A DNA stretch of 64,000 nt from Lingula anatina. Its lineage: Eukaryota; Animalia; Brachiopoda. Position numbers and translations under genes: made by a program. The notes beneath the pieces are model-generated. The model did not search any database. It was not told the DNA's origin and was given only the letters and a program-made list of their open reading frames with translations. Positions 27,601-38,400 of this stretch are shown here, in pieces. The stretch lies in assembly GCA_051362555.1 (NCBI GenBank), contig CM120642.1, positions 2,604,001-2,668,000 on the forward strand. The letters run 5' to 3'. The number at the start of each line of letters is the position of its first letter. The stretch's first letter is position 1.

Positions 27601-30110
27601 GAGCAAGCGAAGGGCTTCAACCTGTGACCCGAGTAAGAAAATTCTTTCCCGAGACTTGGATATGGAGTAAGACAACTGTAAGGTATGTTATTTGATTGTA
27701 GAGAGGCATTGGTACCTAACAACAACATATCGGCCAACGGCTACATTCGCTACTACTACTTCAACTAGGCAACCCGCCACAACCACGGTGCCGCCTGTTG
27801 TATCAACGCCTACACGTAAAAGTGGGACTTCACCACGGGTGCGGCAATTCTTTCCGGAAGCTTGGATTTGGGACACATTCAGCATGAGGTGTGTAGCGGT
27901 ATATAAATCCATAACCGTCGCTAGGTTGAGGCAGATCTTGGATGACAAGATTAATTTCCTGTTTTATTTCCTGGTACGGCTGTCCCCAAGGGGCCGTATC
28001 CGCCATTCCCCAAAACCACGGAATGACTTGCCTGTTTACGCGCATGTTTTGGTATGAATTAGTAAGGATTCTTTAATCCCATTGCAGTATTTAGGCCCAT
28101 ACCTTATTATAAAACCATTGACAGTATAGCTGAGGGGCCGTTGGGTGTACCCGGGGCTCCAGGCCCAGCACCCCCAGCTACCCAAGGCCCAACACAGAGT
28201 AACTTACAGCCTGTAACTCGAGTCAGGAAACTCTTCCCAGAGACCTGGATCTGGAGTAAAACAACTCTAAGGTATGGTATTGGCTTGTGGAAAAGTACGC
28301 ACTCTACTGATCGCTCATATAACAAGTACGAGTACGCAAAGAACGAGGGATACCTAGGGCGGATAATCAGGATAATCACCACGCGCCTTTGCACTTCCGC
28401 TTTCTCTTTCACTAACGGGAACCCAAGCAAACCGAAGTGTTCTAGGGTCAGTGCAGTTTAACATGTGCTTCGTTATGTTCTCGACGTGAATGGGTCCGAA
28501 ATATACCCCCAGCGTCTTATCGCATTGCAGTCCGAAGGCCTCTGCCTTATTACCCAGGTGTTGATGGCCTGGATGGCGCACCTGGAATGTTCCCGCCAGC
28601 TCCCATGCCGGTAGCATCACCTAGGGGATCGGGCAATAATGTGCAACCTGTAACTAGAGTCAGAAAGCATTTCCCTGAAACTTGGATCTGGAGTAAGACA
28701 ACTGTAAGGTACGGTATAAAAACACCCTATCGACCGGTACTTCACAGGCAATAACCAATGCCTATGACGTCTACCGTTTCCCTGTGTACTTCCCAGAACA
28801 ACCCCTGGGAGGCAGGACCGTGCTACTTCCACCACCACTAACAAGGAACATTCCAAAAGCAATCGTCGAATGGTATTGTGATAAATTCATGAATGCTTGT
28901 ATTAGAAGTCCATTTTATCACATTGCAGCCCATAGACTTGTACCCAAATATTTGGAAATCGGTGACCGCAACCGTGCACTCGCGTCCGGTCCAGTTCCCG
29001 AAGAAAGTGTTGACTCGACTGATTCCTCGGGGAATGACTTACAGCCCGTGGGTAGAGTTAGGCAATATTTTCCCGAAACTTGGATTTGGTCCGAAGTTTC
29101 GTTGGGGTATGTCGTATTGAAATTGCGGCTATTTCACCATTTTACATTGGCCACTTACAATAGATGACTTCATAACCATGGGCATAAAAAGAAAATATCA
29201 TAAAATACATGGTAGTTTATGTGGTTTGCATTTTCATTCGTGATCTGGTGAGTATTGATCCAGATATACACCCAAAAGGGAGTCGTTGCTTTTACACTGC
29301 CTGCTAAATATTGGCCTGAAATAGATAATATGTCGACTGATATTCATGAATAAGTCATTTAAAAATAGCCGCTATTTCTGATGTCGTTCAGCAGTCATTG
29401 ACAGTAATTTTTGTTTGCGTGCAGTCACCATGGTGTAGGGCATGTAAGAAAGGGCGGGGAGTACTTAAAACTTGCTTCACAGTGTAGCCTGAAGCAGATC
29501 GATTGAACAGAAACGGATGGATTAGAGATTAGTGGCATAGAATAAAATGGAACGGGGTGAAAATAAACAAAATAGAACAGATATATAAAGGGTAAAATTC
29601 AGTATGATGTAATTAATAATTTTGTCATTTGCAAGATGAATTTATCAAGGTTAAAAATTTAATGTTATCTGAAGTTGTAAATATAAAATGTAATTTGTAA
29701 TCGATGGAAATCATATGTTTGTCTTGTATATATGTACCAAAAAAATCATTTTCGTATTGTAATACACATACAAAATGTAAATTTCACAGGTGCCTAGCGA
29801 AAAGCAGTAAAAAAGCAACCCCCAAAGTTTATCTATTTATTTTATTCATTTATTTATGCATTCTGTGTGTGTTTCAGTTCCTCCGGCATGGCAGACATGA
29901 GCGTCGTGGTTCCAGACACCATAACCTCGTGGTCAGCCAGTGCGTTCGCTGTCAACCCAGTCACAGGTCTGGGAGTTGTTGATGACCCATCCAAGGTAAG
30001 AATGATGAACAGCACAGTTTAGATGCTGGTGATGGTGATATATATGGCATGAACCGTCATAGTCTTACATATGTTTTAGCGTTTCTGCTTTTTGGCAATT
30101 TCTGCTAATT

Positions 30111-30142
<32 letters not shown>

Positions 30143-32433
30143 CTTAATAAATAGACGATGCCTTTGTGGATGATAGCCTGTAATATTCTTTTTTTTTTTT
30201 TTTTTTTTTTTTTTTGAAAGCAACGTATAATATTCTTGTTTTTTTTTATAAATCATTGGTATTAACAAGCAGACTTATCTTTTTTTCTCAGATTAGAGTG
30301 TTCCGTCCATTCTTCGTTTCCTTCAACTTGCCGTATTCTGTCACCAGGGGAGAAGAAATCATCTTACAAGCTGTCGTATTTAACTACATGGACAGAGAGC
30401 TGAACGTAAGTATCGGCAGAATTGCTCAACATATCAGAGTTGAATGTAGATACATTTCAAGAGAATGCCGTGTTGGAAACGGAACAAAGTTTATAGCCTT
30501 ATTTAATTATCTAGTAATTAAATTACTAAATTATCTGTCATTTATTTATTTATTTATTATTATTATTAAATTCATTATATGCATGTTATTTTACCAATGG
30601 TCTTTTCTGTTGGTGATGCCTAGAGTTAGGGGTTATATAGTCTTTATAAGCTATTCAAATACTTATTGCAGGCAAGGGCTCATTTGGATTTGTGTCTTTT
30701 CAGGTAAAAGTTACCCTGCCAAATACAGGGGGATTCCTGAATATTGTCAGAAACATGTTTGGCGAATTTTCCACATCGGCCGAAGAGCAGGTTTTACGTA
30801 TAAAGGTTGGTTGATAGTAATTCAAATTTCACGACCCTCTAAAATATTTTTTAAAAAGTAACGTTCAAGTTCGAATGAATATATATAATTATCTGTTAGA
30901 GATAGTAATATGTGAAAAACTCCCTTCTTATATGTAGCACCCATATTTTAATTTTTCATTTTTCCCTGTTGCTTGTTTCAGTTACAAGGTACAGTGTGTA
31001 TATTTCTGTTTGTTCCGCTCACTATTTCATAAAACGAATACAGGAATAATAACAAATGATTCTACAAAAATAAAACCATTTCTTATAAGTTTTTTGTCAA
31101 TATTATCATGTGAATCGGTATTGAAAGCACCCCCTCCTTAAAGTGATTTATTTGTCACCTTTAGGTTCCTGCCAACACCGGGAAGTCTGTCTTCTTTCCA
31201 ATTGTTCCTGTTGCCCTCGGCAGGATTGACGTAGAGATTCGCGCCCAATCCAACATGGCCGCTGACGCAGTGAGGAGACAGCTTTTAGTGGAGGTAAGAG
31301 TGCATCAGGATTTCTTGATAATAATAATATGTCATGTTGTTGTCTGCTTTAGTTAAAAAGAAATATGTCACACAAATAAAAGGCTAAAGAACATGAATAA
31401 AAAATAAATAGAGAGAATAAATAAAAAAGGTAAAATATGACCATTGATTTATATGTGTATTTTACATGTGTAACTCACATGATGTGTAACTGAAGTGTTT
31501 TGTTCGTAACCAGGCTGAGGGTCTAGAACGTGAACTGAACAGAGCAATGATTGTTGATTTGTCTAAATCAAGAACCTTCTCGGCCAACGTTGATCTTGCA
31601 TTACCCCAAGGCGTTGTTCAAGGATCTGCCAGGGCGTCTGTCTCTGTCATAGGTAGGTACGGTGACCTGTCTGCATTAAGAAGGATACAGAACTTGTCAT
31701 TTTGACATTTTAAAGGAATGGGCGTGATTTAAAGATAATCCCTATACTACTGTGATCTTGAAAATTGTAGACGTTTATTTATCTGCGTCAGTACATATTT
31801 GGCACTGTATCGTTGTGCATCCACGTAAGCGCTTATTTTTACTTCTTATATTCCAGGCGATTTGATTGGAAATATTGTTGAAAACCTAGAGCATTTGATG
31901 CGCTTGCCATCTGGGTGCGGAGAGCAGACGATGGCTGCTTTGGCGCCAGATGTATTCGTGGCCAAATATTTCAAAGCGCTTGGCCAGTTGGTGGAACCTA
32001 TAAAATCTAAACTAATTGGGTTTATGGAGAAAGGTACGGACTGGTCAAGACGTAAATTACACAATTAATAGTTGTTATTTGGGAAACCTGTAGTTGGTTA
32101 TTTAAGCCTATACACGGAGACCAGTTGCACCAATTAAGTTTTTATTATGATGTTTAAAGGTATATACTGTGATGCTTCAATTGTCACGTTTTCTCTAGGT
32201 GTTATGCGCGAAATCACTTATCAACACCCCGATGGATCCTACAGTGCTTGGGGGCCGACAAAGAACAATAAAAAAGGCGGGAGCACCTGGTAAGCGTTCA
32301 ATATACGGATGAGCTTTTCTTCTCCCACAGTAATACCGCCCAAGCCAATAAAGCTATGGCTAAAAATTAAACATAGAGTTTTTTCTCTGTCTGTTTCCCA
32401 GTAGCGGATACCTCGTTTCTGATTTGTTTTTTG

Positions 32434-32464
<31 letters not shown>

Positions 32465-35400
32465 ACCTTAGTTTGGAGCATATGGTTTAATGTCATTTTT
32501 GACAGCACAGTCTACTTGAATTTATTTCATATTATAGCAATTTGCTTCCAATGTTTTAGGCTGACTGCTTTTGTCATGAAGATATTCCACCAGATCAAGG
32601 AGTTCACCTTTGTCGACGACGAAGTTCTACGGAAGGGTCTGCAGTTCCTCATTAATAACCAGGCCGAAAACGGCTCGTTCCCCGAGGTGGGCAGTGTCCA
32701 CAGCAGAAACTTACAGGTGATTACGACCATCTAAATGCTTGGCAACACGACAGTACTCAAAACGCTTCTCTTCATATTACCACATATTAGTCAGCACTTG
32801 AAAGCAATTAATTGATACATTATTTTGGTCATACCTTTCTTGGTGCATAAAATCTTGTTTATGCAAGGTTTGTTGAATTAAAATATACATGTTAATCTAC
32901 AAGCTATTTTAAACCAACTTATATCTTGCTTTATGACGATGTGCTATAAACATTTGCAAACGTAGTGAAACAAGCATTTATAAAAACGTATTCTCAAACA
33001 AAGATTATTTTGGTTCCAGGGTGGGTCTGGCAAAGGGGCGCCCCTCACAGCATTTGTTCTCATTGCACTAAAGGAAAACGACGATGCAGTCAATGTAAGT
33101 ACATGGTACATAGAAACACATCGGATGCTTACATTCATGTATATACATTGGTATTATTTCGGCAGTTTTTTGTACTTCTAGTTACTACAATTTTGTATTA
33201 AATGGGATAAGCTGATAAGTTTAGTATCTTGGAAATTGTATATTATAAAATTGTACAGGAGGTAATGTACAAATTAAAAAATATATATATAAAAATTGAT
33301 TGACTCAAAGATCATCGAGATTATTTTCCAAGGCAATACAGCATGTTACAATGATACGCTGTGTCTTTTACAGGCTAACTGGACAGAGTTCCAAAGGGCC
33401 ATTTCCTCTGCTGTTTCGTTCCTGGAAAACCAGCTGCCAAGCCTAAACGATCCATATCCTCTCGCAATTGTGACCTATGCACTGCATCTAGCAAAAAGCC
33501 CGGTTGCTAACATGGCGCTCAACAAGCTCAACGCCATGGCTACATACGAAGGTATGTATAAAAAATCGTTTTGTTGGTTTCATCTGCAGCCCGCAATGAA
33601 ATATATTGTGTATTGAAATGTGATACGAACTGCCATTTTTGCGTCAAATGTCAAATGTCATGAACTGTCGGCTAATATTGTATAAGTTTACTGAATAAAA
33701 TTATGACATCCAGGGATGTGCAAACATGTATGCAGAATTCTGCATCTTTATGCGGCCGCCGTAACACTGAGATTTGGTGTTCTCACTGATCGCTTCATAC
33801 TTTGGAAGCAGCATTTTCAAACATTTCTATGGCATTGGTAGTTTTTACACTTATTAAAATAAGAATGGCTATAGACGAAGGTTGGCAAGTACATTGAAAA
33901 AAGAACTGTGTTCCTGGCCTGTGGATGTTAATAGAGCTTAATGGTTTCAGATGGATACAAATACTGGAAGATAGCTGATACTCCAAGGTGTGAATATCGG
34001 TACTGCTACAATCCACCAACACAAGAAGTTGAGACTGCTGGTTACGCTCTCTTTGTTCACAACGCCATTAATAATGAACAGAGCATTCCAATTCTGAAGT
34101 ACCTTGTCTCCAAACAGAACTCTTATGGCAGCTTCGGCTCTACACAGGTGAGGGTGGCGGTCAATATCTACATGAGGTGTAGTGTATTATATATTCGAGA
34201 CGTGATTCTAAATAAGTCTGAACTGCTTACTTTTGTTTTCATAGAAATACATGATTCATTTGTAGGTAATTCGCTTCTTAAAGTGTTTATTTAAAGTGTA
34301 ACAATATTCCCAACTGATATTAACATATTTTTACAGTATGACTCCTTACTATCATTGCGAGACTTAATGTGTTCTTGTCAAAATAAGTATGAACGATCCA
34401 AGAATACAAGGAACACTAGAAAGCTCACTCTGTTTTGTAATTCATGATGCTAAAGCTGGACATTTTTTATCAAAAGCAAAGCTCAAAGATGTACTTTCAT
34501 CGTTGTTATCCTGATGCCGGGACGTTGTGGTAGCACTACTACTAGCCCTGACATAGTATGGAAAGCCCTGATTGTAAGTTAATGATTGTTATCCTCATTC
34601 CAGGATACTGTGGTAGCGCTTCAGGCCCTGACCGAGTATGTGGCATTGTACGCCACCACCAGAGATATGACCATCCGGGTCACAGCAGGGGGCTCCTCGG
34701 AATCCTTCACTGTCAATGATCAAAACGCTCTGGTTTTGCAAAGAGCCGAGGTTAGTTAATTAATAATAAATAAACTGCTTCGAATACCCCTATATATATG
34801 CATAGTTAATTGGCTTCAGTGAAATAAAGATTTTAAAATTTAAAATGATAGTGTGGTTACAGGTAGGTTTAAGTTTATCTCGTTTCAGTTTTACATACCT
34901 CATATTCCAGATATGTCGAATAGGAGCCCTGTGTCCGGAACCGCGCAAATTTAGATATAAACGTAATTTGGAATTAGGCTCGAAATACGGACACCGTTGG
35001 AAACTTTTAGATAGGATAACGCTTTAGTATAACCTTCCAGATTCGCGGTCGAAATCTTTACGTCTAAACGCTACAGAGGAAATCCACACTGACAAGAATG
35101 ACCAGTTTCAATCGTTTAATGTGAACTCGTTGCCTGCTCAGGTACATTCTGACTCTCTATTCAATATTACAACCTTTAGTACGTACTCCAGCCAATGGCT
35201 TCATACACTTCCTTATCACTGGCTTCTTAATGCGACAGGTAAACAAGCCCTACTCAGCCTCTTCAAAATTGACACAACGTATTATAGAGAATACAATAAA
35301 AGTTATGACTTGAAATTATTGACATCGTCTATGAAATATTAAATGTCTCCGACATATTCCTCCCTTTCCCAAACAAAGAAAAATGGAATATATATATGAA

Positions 35401-38400
35401 ATTTTTCTTACTTTGTAGACGTTCAAATAATTATACGGCCTTACTTAAAATGAGAATCTCAATTAAACCCTGCAAGCATTACCATGGAAACCCTATTTAC
35501 CAAATTATTTTAATCTAATAATAATAATAATAATGTACGCTACACACTAAGTATTATGCACTTTGCTATTAGCACCAGGAAAATTATAGTCATTAAAACA
35601 ACACCAAGGAACATATATATATGCATCAAAAAGTTAGCAATAGTAATAATAACAATGATTCTGAGCAAGCAACACCTTGAATAAGCAAATGTAAAACGGT
35701 GCTGAGAGCCGGCTGCGCCAGCCTCTCCCTATTTTTTTTCTTTAGGAAGAGGGACATAGGTTTACCCAATTGCTCAGACAGCACAAAAAAAAAACAAACA
35801 AAAAATCGAGTTGTCTCTCGACCATTTGCTTTAACATTTCTTTCTTTTTAATATATGAGTCATTTGTTCTCTAGTTAGAGTCCATATATCTTGTGCGTAG
35901 CCAATGCGAAGTGACTACCTCCACCAGTAAACCCAAACGATTCGTAGCCCACCATGACGATCGGAGCGCCGATGATAATAGCGTCGGAGAGTGCAGGCCG
36001 CCCGTGCGTTGTGTAGATTACAGACAACTCGTAGGATGGAAAAGGGCGATGCCTCCATAGGTGGAACCCTCTCAGCTATCACTCCCCGCTGGTGTTAACA
36101 TGTCGTAGACCACAAATCGAAGACGGCCCGGTAATGGTTGTAGCCGCGCCCTATTTGACACTGCTACGGAATTCGCTCTGAAACTGAAAGTACACTTAAA
36201 ACGCAAAATGCGGATTTTCTGAAAAAGAATTCATGTTAATTGAAAAAAAAATTGTTATAAGCGTTAATATTTTATCCTTTTACTCCGTCCCCTGGGCTAT
36301 GTGCTCTCTAGAAGAAAAAGAAAAATATCATTAGGGTAGTATACGAAAATCATTATCTATCTACAATAATATTGGAAACCAAAATTACTTGTACATTTCC
36401 ATGCTTCCTTGGGTCATGCGCTGTCTACCAGAAAAATGAGAAAAAACATTAGTGCTATATCGAAAATAACCCTATATCCACATTAATTGTATCATAGTTC
36501 ATAGAATCAAGTGACAAAAATATGGGGTATGTATACCTGCCCTTGCTAGGTATGACATCACCCTCCTCATTCTTTATGAACACATTTTGAATCCAAATTT
36601 GAGCTCGCCATGTAAAGAAAAATAAATCTTTACAAACTAAATGAAATTCAATATCATTATATTTCAAGACTCCCAGTGGATTCTGGGATAAAATGCTCGT
36701 CTTGCTCGGCGTGGCTTCTTGGATGGTCACCTTAGTAGGCTCTTACTTTTTCTGAAAAATACAAGTTTTACATGAAATTAGCGAATATAATTTCGTGGGA
36801 TAACCCAAGTACCAGAAAAAAAGAAACAAAGAACACCTCACTAGGTAACCCCCTAGTATTATCATGAACATGTCATTCATGAACAACCTGGCGACACTGG
36901 TCAGCACTTTAGAATATGCCGATACCAAAAGGAACATTAGCCGCCCATCCTACAAAGTCAAATAACCCTCGTAGTTTTGTCCGAGACGAATGTGCACCTT
37001 CGCTCGAACCGACTGGACCCGCCCTGGCCAAGGCTGGTACAGCCGTTTGAGAGTCATTTTACCTGCAGAAAGGGTTAAAGTTAACCGTTATCCCCTTCGC
37101 CCTTGTTCCCTGTCCACTGAGGTTATGTACACCTCCCTCAGTCTGTTCTACGTAATCCCGTGTTACTACGGCGATCCGTATCCATAGTCTACCCTGAGAC
37201 TACCAGTCTCCTCTTAGACTACCAGCGGTTTCTCCCTGGTGACTTCTACCGTCCATACGGCCTTTGTCACCGCCAAAGAGCTGCCTCTGGGTCACTAGGA
37301 CGCCATCAGGTAGCTGCTGCCACCCCCATTTCACCCTGGGGCTAAAATACCAAGCAATATGCTTAAAACCGCCATTTTTACTTACCCATGCTCCTATCTA
37401 TGCATGGAGTCCACTTCCATATTCTCTCCCGACCCACTGTCGGTTATCCTTAACGCCTTGACAGGCTGGGGACCGTCTAGTTCGTCCCCTTCAATCTGCG
37501 ACAACAGCGCATCTTCCTGTTCCGTTGCTTGGATACATCTTTTCCTAAACCTTGTATTATGTGAGTGCGTGGGCGTGTGGTGTCGTGTCATGGTGTTATG
37601 CTTGCGTTTTGCATGCAATGTTGGCCTGCGTGAAGCTGCCTGTGACTCACCTCCAACACTTACCGGCATCTCGGATTCGATCCTCTCCGCTACCTGGCTA
37701 CGCCCGTTGGAGTTACTTACCGCTGCGCGCTGGTTGACCTCTGCCCTTGGAGCGTTGGCGTTGACTGGTGTGGTACCAAGTTGCAACTCAGCTCTTATTG
37801 GGTTGGGTCGTCTCCTGAAAACTCGACGCGCACGTGGTCTGATCTCATCCCAGGCTAATCCTCTGTCCACAAGTCTTAATTTGTCCCTGTTCACTACACG
37901 CGACTTACCTGTTTGCTGATGACTTACCCAGAAGACGTTCCCTCTTTGTCTGGTCACTGTCCAGACTGGGTCCCATTTTGATCCAAAAGTCACGTTATCA
38001 GGTGCGAAAACAATAACTGAATCACCTACCTCAATTTTGTTAGCGTTCGCCTTAGCGTCGAAACGTCTTTTGTTCTCTAATCTAGCTGCCTGAAGATTAT
38101 CTCGGGCTGCCGTTAGAGCGTCAGACAGATCACTAAGCCGACCTTTCAAAGGATGATGGTTATTTGATGCACCTACCAACGTCGACAGTGGCATTCTAGG
38201 GTTCCTGCCATAAACTAGGAAAAATGGTGTGTACCCGGTCACTGAGGAAACACTATTCCTGTAAGCAAACAAAGCATTAGCTATCTGCTCTTCCCATGTG
38301 CGAGTATTGTTGTTAACAAGGCGGGCCAATAATCCTTTGAAACATTGATTAAACTTTTCAACTTTGCCATTACATTTGGGATTATAAGCTGTGGTCCGCC

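Noticed and set aside
27620-29106. Repeat-spacer pattern resembling a CRISPR array
   Set aside because: The repeats are degenerate protein-coding exon ends with splice sites in a eukaryotic gene; no cas genes.
27283-29242. Dscam-style docking/selector pairing (TGCAATG at 27283 versus the CATTGCA acceptors; TGAAT motifs upstream of C/D/E versus CATTCGTGA near 29235)
   Set aside because: Only 7-9 bp with wobble pairs, within chance expectation. It would need cross-species covariation analysis to support.
35121-35342. Identical 73-aa ORF here and at 42284-42505
   Set aside because: Lies within the two LTRs and starts at GTG; not evidence of a gene.
37359-37919. 186-aa + strand ORF
   Set aside because: Antisense to the pol C-terminus; no recognisable motif.
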